DNA of 32,000 bases from Candidatus Arthromitus sp. SFB-mouse-Japan (GCF_000270205.1 NC_015913.1:540109-572108); one strand, 5' to 3'; numbered from the stretch's first letter, positions 1-8,060 are shown. Translations and numbers: made by a program. Notes: generated by a model from the sequence alone, not told the origin.

Positions 1-2
1 AT

Positions 3-920
3 CAAAATGGAAATAATTATTTGATATTTAAAATTTTGGAGAGGGATGTAGAAAAATATATTCAGATATTTGATGTTTTACAGAATATAAATTCCATAAA
101 TAGATCAATTCAAGGTATGCATTTTTTTATGGGTAATAAATATTTTATAGATAAGTCCACAGGGCATTATTATGTTGTATTTAATTATCCCAACGGGGAA
201 TATATTAAGTGGCTAGATTTTAATATTAATTCTATCAAAGATATTTTAATTAATTTTTACAATGGATCTCAGGATATTCTTAAAGATTTGTATAATTTTA
301 ATTTAAAAGAAGATGTAAAGTTACTGACCATAGGTGATGAGGTAAAAGAAATAGATGAATATCTTTTAAACATACAAAACATAGAAATTTTCATTTTGCA
401 TAAGTACAATAAGGATAGGTTTGATGATTTATTTCTTGAAAATAAAACTTACATGAAGGATGAGCTAATAAAAATTAGAAAGTTTTTCACTAGCTCTAAG
501 TTTAAAAATTACGTTAGTAACCATAAAAATATAAGATTTATAAATGGAAATTTATCGAATAAGTCTTTTATATTTAATAATGATAGAAGTTATATTATAA
601 ATTTTTATAATGCATCTATTGATTTATTTATTAAGGACATAGGTATTTTATCTGAGAAGGCAATATTCAATATTAATGTGGATGAGTTTAAAACATTTAT
701 TATAAATTTTTTGAGTAACTTTGAAGGAAATATTAATGAACATATAGAGATGTTATTTAATTATATTAGACTTAATAATCGCATGTTTAAATGGTTTAAT
801 ACTCAATACAAAAACATTCATTATAGTGGTAGAAAAGTTGATTTAGATAGTAAGATATCAGAAATTTATATGTATAAACAAAATATTAACGATTTTATAA
901 ATATATTATCCTTCACTTAG
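3..920 (+). CDS. CotS/CotI-like spore-coat kinase-fold protein (5' end lies outside the window)
   Basis: The frame stays open from nt 3 to the window edge, so the TTG at 21 is probably not the true start. The segment IRFINGNLSNKSFIF...YIINFYNASIDLFIKDIGILSEK has the spacing of the HGDxxxxN ... IDFDxxxxDxxxxDL core of CotS/aminoglycoside-phosphotransferase-fold proteins, but with Asn/Tyr at the catalytic positions. Family call by eye only. Confidence 0.4.
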   Translation, partial: QNGNNYLIFKILERDVEKYIQIFDVLQNINSINRSIQGMHFFMGNKYFIDKSTGHYYVVFNYPNGEYIKWLDFNINSIKDILINFYNGSQDILKDLYNFNLKEDVKLLTIGDEVKEIDEYLLNIQNIEIFILHKYNKDRFDDLFLENKTYMKDELIKIRKFFTSSKFKNYVSNHKNIRFINGNLSNKSFIFNNDRSYIINFYNASIDLFIKDIGILSEKAIFNINVDEFKTFIINFLSNFEGNINEHIEMLFNYIRLNNRMFKWFNTQYKNIHYSGRKVDLDSKISEIYMYKQNINDFINILSFT

Positions 921-936
921 TGTGAAGGTTTTTTTA
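910..936 (+). terminator. Rho-independent terminator of the CotS-like gene
   Basis: Stem CCTTCAC (910-916) / GTGAAGG (922-928) with loop TTAGT, followed by T7 (929-935). It overlaps the TAG stop at 918-920. Confidence 0.6.
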
Positions 937-1396
937 TAGTTTGTTGTTATTTATAATGTGTTTTAATAGAGAATCGCATCCAGCTTTAACGAGTTCAAAT
1001 GTTAAATCAAAATTTCTTGTATAATAAGGATCAGGAATAAATTTATGTGATGTATTTTCAATAAAATCTGTTAATTTATACACTTTTATATTAGGATTTA
1101 TGTTCATGACATCATTCATATTTGAATCATCCATAACAATTATATAATCGTTTGTATTTAAATCTTTTTCTGTAAGTTTTTTTAGATACAATGTTTGAAA
1201 AATCTATATTTAATTTTTTAAGGATTGTTTGAGTACCGTGATGAGGAGGATTTCCCACATTGTATCCAGATGTAGCCCTAGATGATACGTTAATTTTATC
1301 ACTAAGATTATTTTGTTTAATGATATGTCGCATATAGGCCTCACTCATTGGAGATCTGCAAATATTGCCCAAACATATGAATAAAATATTGACCAA
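934..1396 (-). pseudogene. Low-molecular-weight protein-tyrosine phosphatase, interrupted by a +1 frameshift in a homopolymer
   Basis: Two overlapping minus-strand ORFs (1127-1405 and 934-1191) together span about 155 codons, the normal LMW-PTP size. The N-terminal part carries the P-loop CLGNICRSP (CX5R) and the C-terminal part carries the DPYY acid loop. The frame changes inside an A7 run (T7 on the + strand, 1177-1183). With one A fewer, ...ATT GTA TCT AAA AAA continues CTT ACA GAA AAA GAT, giving IVSKKLTEKDL. The likely start is TTG at 1396, 6 nt after GAGGTG (complement of 1403-1408). Confidence 0.8.
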
Positions 1397-1546
1397 AGTA
1401 ATCACCTCAAATATAATTTTCTTAAGATTATATCATAATATAATTATAAATAGATGTTGTTTTTATTGGTATATTTCGTATAAAATTAAGTATAGACTCA
1501 AATACTAACTATTAAGATAATAATCAGTAGGGGTGAAATAAGAAGA

Positions 1547-2371
1547 ATGTACATATATTCACACTTAAACATAACAGATGTTTTAGAAATAATTAGGAAA
1601 GTGAATCCCGTAAAGATATTAGACGTTAATGTTGGATTTGGACGTTGGGGCATCTTGTGTAGAGAATTATTAGAGAGAGACAATATGGGAAAGGTTCGAA
1701 GGCCTGACTTATGGAATATTAAGATAGACGGAATAGAAAATATCACTAGTTCTTGTATACAAACCTATCATGATATCTTTTATGATAATATATATAGGCA
1801 AGATTTAGAGGGATTCTTTAAAAACCATTTAGCACTATATGATTTAACAATTTTTTCAAATGTATTGGAATATAGGTCAAGAGAAGAAAGTATTAGAATG
1901 TTAAGTAGTGCAATGGAGATATCGAGATTTATATTGGTTTATGTTAAACTTGGAAAACATAATGATCAATACACACCAGATGAAAGACAAGTTAGTATCT
2001 GGAAAAAAGAGGATTTTAATGGATATGATGTTGTTAACAATATCATTTTAAATGATAGATATGGAAATAAATATGGGATTTTCTTGATTGAGTGTAATAC
2101 GATTAAGAGAATATACAATAAAAATGTTGTTATATATGGAATAGATGATTATTTTGATTTATGTGTTAAACCATTTATAGATGAAAATAAAATCATATGT
2201 TTTATGGAAGAGAATGTATTTAAACAAGGACTTTTTCATATGGGAAAGATAATTCATACTATAAAGGGAGTTAAAAAAATAAAGGATGATTTTGTAATAA
2301 TAATAGCAAGTGTATTTTATAGAGAAATAAGGAAAAAACTTGAGGCCGCTAGCTTATATAATTTTATATAA
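1547..2371 (+). CDS. Putative class I SAM-dependent methyltransferase with a C-terminal Rossmann-like module
   Basis: ILDVNVGFGRWG resembles SAM-binding motif I (hhDhGxGxG), and DLTIFSNVLEY resembles the downstream acidic/hydrophobic motif. The C-terminal VVIYGIDDYF...FVIIIASVFYREIRKKLE resembles the small nucleotide-binding-like module seen in glycan-modification enzymes. RBS AGGGGTGA lies about 10 nt upstream of the ATG. Confidence 0.5.
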   Translation: MYIYSHLNITDVLEIIRKVNPVKILDVNVGFGRWGILCRELLERDNMGKVRRPDLWNIKIDGIENITSSCIQTYHDIFYDNIYRQDLEGFFKNHLALYDLTIFSNVLEYRSREESIRMLSSAMEISRFILVYVKLGKHNDQYTPDERQVSIWKKEDFNGYDVVNNIILNDRYGNKYGIFLIECNTIKRIYNKNVVIYGIDDYFDLCVKPFIDENKIICFMEENVFKQGLFHMGKIIHTIKGVKKIKDDFVIIIASVFYREIRKKLEAASLYNFI

Positions 2372-2382
2372 TTGTAATTTTT

Positions 2383-2418
2383 GACGCAAGACCTAATTCT
2401 TGTGTCTTATTATTTTTT
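2383..2418 (+). terminator. Rho-independent terminator
   Basis: A 9-bp stem GACGCAAGA (2383-2391) / TCTTGTGTC (2398-2406, one G-U pair) with a 6-nt loop, followed by TTATTATTTTTT. Confidence 0.55.
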
Positions 2419-2569
2419 AAAGGATATTTTTCATTTAATATTGAATTCTTGGTTTAATATAATTTTAATAATGTTCTAGAAATAATTTATTTTAAATAAT
2501 GTAAAATTGATTGAAGTTTTTTAAAAATAATGTATTTAATGAATGATTTATTTAGGAGAGATTGATATT

Positions 2570-3121
2570 ATGGACAATTTGAGTACAGAGGTAGTCACAG
2601 GAAAAGTTCGTTTTAATTGTGTGTATTTATGGGAACCTAGAATTATTAATAGTAATCCTGAATATTCAGTATGTTTATTAATACCAAAATCAGATGAAAG
2701 GACACTGAATGATATTAGACAGGCTATGAAAAATGCAAAGGAAATAGGGATAAGTATTTTAAATTACAATATGGATTTAGATCTTAAAATGCCATTAAGA
2801 GATGGCGATATTGAACGATCAGATGAGGTTTACGAAGGATGTTATTTTATGTATGCTAGTAGTGCTAATAAGCCACTTATATTAGATGAATTTAACAATC
2901 AAATTAATAATAAGGAAGATTTTTATAATGGTTGTTATGGATATGCATCAATTAATTTTTATGCTTTTAATACAGATAAGAATAAAGGCATAGCGTGTAG
3001 GATTAATAATATTGTCAAGATTGAAAATGGAGATTTACTAGATGATAAATCGACTGTAAAAGAAGATATGATATCTATAGAGGCTATAAAATTAGAAAAT
3101 TTAGAAGGTTTTATGGTTTAG
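2570..3121 (+). CDS. Phage-type ssDNA-binding protein (DUF2815 / Enc34-like SSB family)
   Basis: The full-length motif pattern of the family is present: VVTGKVRFNCVYLWEP, YSVCLLIPKSD, LKMPLRDGD, YFMYASSANKP, FYNGCYGYASINFYAFNTDKNKGIACRINNI and ENGDLL. I prefer the ATG at 2570 (MDNLS...), 9 nt after AGGAGAG (2554-2560), over the ORF-track start at 2543. Confidence 0.8.
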   Translation: MDNLSTEVVTGKVRFNCVYLWEPRIINSNPEYSVCLLIPKSDERTLNDIRQAMKNAKEIGISILNYNMDLDLKMPLRDGDIERSDEVYEGCYFMYASSANKPLILDEFNNQINNKEDFYNGCYGYASINFYAFNTDKNKGIACRINNIVKIENGDLLDDKSTVKEDMISIEAIKLENLEGFMV

Positions 3122-3193
3122 TGAAATTATATAAATTTAGATATAAAGTATTTTGTTTCATAGAAGTTTGAAACTTGTTTGTTATAGAGTTCT

Positions 3194-3230
3194 ATAGAGC
3201 AAATGCAGAGCATTTGCTCTATATTTTTTA
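3194..3230 (+). terminator. Rho-independent terminator
   Basis: A perfect 13-bp stem ATAGAGCAAATGC (3194-3206) / GCATTTGCTCTAT (3210-3222) with a 3-nt loop, followed by TTTTTT. Confidence 0.85.
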
Positions 3231-3363
3231 TAGGAAAAGATACAATTAATTTAATGATTTCTCATTAAAAGATACTATTTCAAAATTTTATATTTGTATA
3301 TAATTAAAACATTAAATAGAACAAGCAAAACAATATATAAATAATTTTTAGTAGATGATTAAT

Positions 3364-3486
3364 ATGTTAAAAGATAAGATTAAGAAGATAGTATCAGCGG
3401 TGGTTTTAGGGGCATTGTTAACAATTGGAGTAGGAAGTATAAAATCAATGGCAACAACAGACAATACACAACAACAAAATTTATAA
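3364..3486 (+). CDS. 40-codon ORF encoding only a Sec-type signal peptide; probable 5' part of a nonsense-interrupted gene
   Basis: The translation is MLKDKIKKIVSAVVLGALLTIGVGSIKSMATTDNTQQQNL followed by a stop. It has a Lys-rich n-region, a hydrophobic core and an SMA cleavage-like site. It ends at TAA 3484-3486, in the same frame as the ORF starting at 3496 (3496-3364 = 132 nt). Confidence 0.5.
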   Translation: MLKDKIKKIVSAVVLGALLTIGVGSIKSMATTDNTQQQNL

Positions 3487-3495
3487 GAAGTTTAT

Positions 3496-4149
3496 ATGGA
3501 CTTTGATAGTGTAGACGGAGATTATTATGAATATGATGAGTCTACTTACTCTGAGATTATAAAAGAATTGCTAGATTCAGGATATATAGATCAAGCTAAA
3601 GCTGATAGGTTTATACAAAATATTAATTCTGAATCAGTACAAGCGGAAATTATTAAAGAGTATAATTTATATGCAGTTGATTCATATGTGAAAGAAGGAT
3701 ATTATAGTGCGGAAGCTGGGGAATTAGAGAAGCAGTTAATAGAAGCACAATATGCAGGGAATGATGCACTAGTTGAAGAGTTAAATAATAAATATATGGA
3801 ACAATTAGAAAAAGATGGAGTGGTTTTTGATCTTTATGATAATACGTATTATCAAGATGCTGTGGATCATCTATTGAGTGAAGGATATATAGATCAAGCT
3901 AAAGCTGATAGCTTTACACAAAACATTGATTTTGAATCAGTACAAGCAGAAATTGTTAAAGATTATACTTTATACGCAATTGATTTATGGGTAAAAGATG
4001 GATATTACAGTGAAGAGACTGGAAAATTAGAGAAACAAATAGTAGAAGCAGAATATGCGGGGAATGATTCACTAGCTGAAGAGTTAAGGAATAAATACAT
4101 GGAACAATTAGAGAATGATGAACTAGCAAGTTTTTATGAACTTGGATAA
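3496..4149 (+). CDS. Acidic internal-repeat protein of unknown function (2 x 101 aa); probable 3' part of a nonsense-interrupted secreted-protein gene
   Basis: A 217-aa ORF with two near-identical halves (GYIDQAKAD.F.QNI..ESVQAEI.K.Y.LYA.D..VK.GYYS.E.G.LEKQ..EA.YAGND.L.EEL.NKYMEQLE.D). There is no obvious RBS before the ATG at 3496, and it is in frame with the upstream signal-peptide ORF. Confidence 0.6.
   Translation: MDFDSVDGDYYEYDESTYSEIIKELLDSGYIDQAKADRFIQNINSESVQAEIIKEYNLYAVDSYVKEGYYSAEAGELEKQLIEAQYAGNDALVEELNNKYMEQLEKDGVVFDLYDNTYYQDAVDHLLSEGYIDQAKADSFTQNIDFESVQAEIVKDYTLYAIDLWVKDGYYSEETGKLEKQIVEAEYAGNDSLAEELRNKYMEQLENDELASFYELG
3547..4146 (+). repeat. Tandem intragenic duplication, period 303 nt (units 3547-3849 and 3850-4146)
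   Basis: GGATATATAGATCAAGCTAAAGCTGATAG recurs at 3580 and 3883 (offset 303 nt). The protein halves align residue for residue. Confidence 0.85.
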
Positions 4150-4176
4150 GAAATTATTTAGATATGATGGTATTTT

Positions 4177-4208
4177 AAGAAAGCTTTATAATAAAGCTTT
4201 CTTTTTTT
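4177..4208. terminator. Terminator hairpin shared by convergent genes
   Basis: Stem AAGAAAGCTTT (4177-4187) / AAAGCTTTCTT (4193-4203) with loop ATAAT, T-run 4202-4208 on the + strand, and an A/T run on the other side. Confidence 0.8.
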
Positions 4209-4437
4209 ATGTGAGTGTATCTTTTACATAAACAACATCACAATTTAAATGAGTGAATAATGGTTCTATTGATGTTTTGAATTCTCCAATTTCGTAATTT
4301 AAAGATTGGTTAAATAAAATTTGATTTGTTACATTGTTCATAACTAATAGATTTCCACTTGAAATATCATAGGTAACTGATAAGTCTGTATCATTAGATC
4401 TTATGTAATTTAATAAATCGTCGATTGAGTCGAACAT
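4207..4437 (-). CDS. Small hypothetical protein (76 aa)
   Basis: ORF with the ATG at 4437 (MFDSIDDLL...) about 5 nt after AGGAGGTG (complement of 4443-4450). I prefer this start over the ORF-track start at 4461. No recognisable motifs. Confidence 0.55.
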   Translation of the reverse strand: MFDSIDDLLNYIRSNDTDLSVTYDISSGNLLVMNNVTNQILFNQSLNYEIGEFKTSIEPLFTHLNCDVVYVKDTLT

Positions 4438-4522
4438 AATAACACCTCCTAATTTATACATAATTTAATTATTTCAAGTAAATTAGAAATTATTCAACAT
4501 ATTTTAAAAAAATTAGTTTGTG

Positions 4523-4531
4523 TGGTAGAAT
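4523..4531 (+). promoter_or_regulatory. Extended -10 promoter element upstream of recJ
   Basis: TGgTAGAAT (TG at 4523-4524, TAGAAT at 4526-4531) sits 28 nt upstream of the recJ ATG. The -35 region is weak (TTTAAA). Confidence 0.4.
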
Positions 4532-4559
4532 TGCAGTATGGTTTTAATAGGAGGAATGT

Positions 4560-6332
4560 ATGTTAGAGCGGTGGATTTTGAGAAATAGAAATACCTTAAT
4601 AGAAGGGATAGAAAAGCTTGAAGTATCTAGCAAGCTTTTAAAGATACTCATTAATAGAGATTTTAAAAATTTTGATGATATGAGAAGTTATATGTATCCG
4701 AGTGAGGTTTTATTAAATGATCCATTTGAATTAAAAGATTTTCAAAAGGTTATTGATATTTTGATTTCATTAATTGAAAGTGGAGATAAGATAAGAATTG
4801 TTGGCGATTATGATGTTGATGGTATAATTAGTGTCTACATATTATATACAACTTTTAAGAATATTGGAATTGATGCTGATTTTGTAATACCTGATAGGGT
4901 TAAAGACGGTTATGGAATAAATAAAAAGATAGTTAGTGAGGCTAAAAATGATGGAGTTAAGGTTTTAATAACGTGTGATAATGGTATAGCTGCTATTGAT
5001 GTTATAAAGTTTGCAAAAGAGAATGATTTAATTGTAATTGTTACGGATCATCATGATATTCAAATTATACACGGTGAAGATGGAAATTGTGATAGGGTTT
5101 TGCCTGATGCTGATGCGATTTTAAATCCAAAGCAAGATGAGTGTGCATATAAGTTTAAAAAACTTTGTGGAGCTGGTATTTGTTTTAAGCTTTGTTCTGA
5201 GCTATATAAGAAGTTTGGGTTAGAATATAAGATAGATGATTTGATAGAGGTAACTGCTATTGCAACTATTTGTGATGTTGTTGATTTGGAAGATGAAAAT
5301 AGATTTTTAGCAAAGAAGGGTATTGAGTTATTAAGATCAACAAATAATATTGGCTTGAATGCTATAATTGATATAAATTCTATATCAAGAGAAAATATTT
5401 CTTCGTATGAGATAGGTTATATAATTGGTCCTTGTTTGAATGCACTTGGAAGGCTTGAGAGTGGTATGAAGGGACTAGATTTATTATTGTGTGATGACAA
5501 TGATAAGGTTTATGAACTCGCATCAGAAATAAAGGATTTAAACGATAGAAGGAAGTCTATGACTTTGGATGGTTTTATTGAGTGTTTAAATATAGTTATG
5601 GATGAAGGATACTTCAATTCAGATATAATTGTTGTTTATAATGAAAATATTCATGAAAGCATAGCGGGTATAATTGCTGGAAGGATTAAGGAAAGGTTTT
5701 ATAAGCCTACAATTGTTTTAACAAAAGGTGAGGAAATTTGTAAAGGATCGGCTAGGTCAATTGAGGGAATAAATATTTTTGATTTAATTTCTGAAAATCG
5801 AGATATACTTGAGACATTTGGAGGTCATCCTATGGCTGCAGGATTATCTATTAGAGAAGAAAATATAAATTTATTTAGAGATAGATTGAATTCATCAAAT
5901 AGAATTGATAAGGAGAAGTATTTAAATACTGTGTATATTGATATCTTTTGTCCAATTCAGGATATAGATTATGATTTTGTCAGAGATTTGGACAAACTTG
6001 AGCCATTTGGAAAATCAAATCCAAAACCAATTATTGGTGATAAAAGGTTAAGATTATATTCCATCAAAAGAATTGGTAAAAATAGGAATTATATTTCTAT
6101 GAAATTAATTTCGAGGGATAACAAAATTTTTGATTTTGTTTATTTTGGATATGCTGATGAATTTGATAAATCATTTAGTAATTATTATTCAAGAGTTGAT
6201 CTCGAGAAACTATATTCTGGAAGATGTAATATGAACAGTCAATTTTTTATTGATGTTTTATATGAAGTTAAGATAGATAATTATAATTTTAGTGAGACGA
6301 TAAAGTATTTTTTATTAAAGTATAGATTTTAA
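4560..6332 (+). CDS. recJ: Single-stranded-DNA-specific exonuclease RecJ
   Basis: DHH-family motifs are present: IVGDYDVDGI, VITCDNG, VTDHHD and GGHPMAAG (DHHA1). The 590-aa length fits. RBS AGGAGG lies 5 nt upstream. Confidence 0.92.
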   Translation: MLERWILRNRNTLIEGIEKLEVSSKLLKILINRDFKNFDDMRSYMYPSEVLLNDPFELKDFQKVIDILISLIESGDKIRIVGDYDVDGIISVYILYTTFKNIGIDADFVIPDRVKDGYGINKKIVSEAKNDGVKVLITCDNGIAAIDVIKFAKENDLIVIVTDHHDIQIIHGEDGNCDRVLPDADAILNPKQDECAYKFKKLCGAGICFKLCSELYKKFGLEYKIDDLIEVTAIATICDVVDLEDENRFLAKKGIELLRSTNNIGLNAIIDINSISRENISSYEIGYIIGPCLNALGRLESGMKGLDLLLCDDNDKVYELASEIKDLNDRRKSMTLDGFIECLNIVMDEGYFNSDIIVVYNENIHESIAGIIAGRIKERFYKPTIVLTKGEEICKGSARSIEGINIFDLISENRDILETFGGHPMAAGLSIREENINLFRDRLNSSNRIDKEKYLNTVYIDIFCPIQDIDYDFVRDLDKLEPFGKSNPKPIIGDKRLRLYSIKRIGKNRNYISMKLISRDNKIFDFVYFGYADEFDKSFSNYYSRVDLEKLYSGRCNMNSQFFIDVLYEVKIDNYNFSETIKYFLLKYRF

Positions 6333-6342
6333 AGGTGATTTT

Positions 6343-8013
6343 ATGGAAATATATGAGCTTGATAAGCAGATTGACATTATTAATTCGTTTAACGATATTG
6401 TTTTGGTTACAGATCTTAACAATATCATTAGATCGTATAATAAAAGGGCCTATGAATCATTTTCATTTGATAAGGATTTTTTAAGAGATAAAAGTATAAT
6501 TGATTTTATTAGTGCGTTTGAAGTAAGAATATATGATGAATTTATTGATGGGAAAAATTTTGATTTAACGAGCAAAATGCCAAGGAATATATTGAACTAT
6601 GATATGAAGACTGTTGTTTTTAAGAGAGTTTTTAAGCGTAAAGAATTATTTTTTAAGCTTGGGATTTATGAACATAAGTTATATGGTAGGGAAATAATAG
6701 GAAATATTTACATATTGACGGATATAACGGACATTTATATGGCTTATAATGATTTAAGTAAAAATAATGAAGCGATGAGAAATTATATTGTTGATATGAA
6801 GGGTCTCATTGATATAAAGCATAGATTGAATAAAAAGAAACATAATCAATTTATACATATAAATAATATAATTAACAATTTGCATGAAGGAATCATAGTA
6901 GTAGATAATATGTTTTCTGAAATTTACTGTAATGATGTCTATAAAAACACTTTTGATTTTACAGCAAGAGAATTTTTATCTTTAAAATTTTTGGATAATT
7001 ATAAGGTTGAATCTATAGGAAATAATTTTATTGATATTAGAGAATTTTTGAAAAATATTAAATGTAAGAATGAAAAGCGGACGGGGCAATTTTTATTTAA
7101 GAATATTGAATATAATATTGAAAAATATTTTCAAATAACACTGAACACGATAGATTATCATGAAAATTCTAAGCTTAAATATCATAATATAATTACATTT
7201 TCAGATATAACTCAGCTTAAAATTCAAGAGTTGTTGAAGGATGATTTTTTTAATATGGTATCTCATGAATTAAGAACACCTATTACTTTAATAAAATCAT
7301 CTCTTCAGGCACTTGAAAATTTGTGTAAAAACGAACTGACGATGGGCATGAAAAAATATTTGAGTATGATGAATAAAAATAGCTCAAGATTGTTAAAACT
7401 CATTAATAATATTTTGGATTTATCGAGAGCTGAATCTGGTTATATGTTACCTGTTATGAGTTATTTTGATATAGTAATTATAACAGAAGACATAGTTACA
7501 TCAATAAATTTGCATGCTAATCATAAAAAGAACATAAAGGTTATATTTGAACCAAATGTAGAGGAAGAATATTTATTTTTTGATAAGGATATGTACGAGA
7601 AAATTTTACTTAATTTATTATCTAATGCAATTAAATTTACTCCAAATAATAAGATGGTTTATGTTAATTTGATTATAAATAGTGATAATTTTGTATTGAA
7701 AGTAAGAGATCAAGGGATAGGAATACCTAAAGATAAATTAGATGGTGTTTTTGATAAATTTAGTCAGGTTAACTCTGTTTTAAGTCGTGGTGCAGAGGGA
7801 AGTGGAATAGGATTATCTATAGTTAAGAGATTTGTAGACATTTTGAAAGGTAAAATTGTTGTTAATAGTGATATTGGAATTGGGACAGAATTTATTTTAA
7901 CATTTGATAGATCTATTGTAGACAATAATTTTGATACAATTGAGGAGGATATATTGATAAATGATGAGATTGATGTTAAAGTAGATATTCATTTTTCTGA
8001 TATTTATCCTTAA
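6343..8013 (+). CDS. Soluble PAS-domain sensor histidine kinase (no partner response regulator in the window)
   Basis: H-box FFNMVSHELRTPIT, N-box LLNLLSNAIKFTP, G1 VRDQGIGIP and G2 GSGIGLSIVKRFV. Two PAS-like segments lie N-terminally, and there is no hydrophobic transmembrane stretch. It starts 10 nt after the recJ stop, behind AAAGGTGA. Confidence 0.9.
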   Translation: MEIYELDKQIDIINSFNDIVLVTDLNNIIRSYNKRAYESFSFDKDFLRDKSIIDFISAFEVRIYDEFIDGKNFDLTSKMPRNILNYDMKTVVFKRVFKRKELFFKLGIYEHKLYGREIIGNIYILTDITDIYMAYNDLSKNNEAMRNYIVDMKGLIDIKHRLNKKKHNQFIHINNIINNLHEGIIVVDNMFSEIYCNDVYKNTFDFTAREFLSLKFLDNYKVESIGNNFIDIREFLKNIKCKNEKRTGQFLFKNIEYNIEKYFQITLNTIDYHENSKLKYHNIITFSDITQLKIQELLKDDFFNMVSHELRTPITLIKSSLQALENLCKNELTMGMKKYLSMMNKNSSRLLKLINNILDLSRAESGYMLPVMSYFDIVIITEDIVTSINLHANHKKNIKVIFEPNVEEEYLFFDKDMYEKILLNLLSNAIKFTPNNKMVYVNLIINSDNFVLKVRDQGIGIPKDKLDGVFDKFSQVNSVLSRGAEGSGIGLSIVKRFVDILKGKIVVNSDIGIGTEFILTFDRSIVDNNFDTIEEDILINDEIDVKVDIHFSDIYP

Positions 8014-8060
8014 ACTAAGATTAAATTAGAATTTATTTTAATATAAAGAGGGTATTCTAG

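Noticed and set aside
1498-1746. An 82-aa minus-strand ORF overlapping the start of the methyltransferase gene.
   Set aside because: It is antisense to a better-supported ORF, has a hydrophobic low-complexity translation, and has no RBS.
1547-4461. The possibility that the methyltransferase, the DUF2815 SSB and neighbouring genes form an intact prophage or a restriction-modification or defence island.
   Set aside because: No integrase, terminase, capsid, tail, restriction endonuclease, ATPase or other defence hallmark is visible. The methyltransferase lacks DNA-MTase motifs (no DPPY/NPPY or PCQ), so only an orphan-remnant interpretation is supported.
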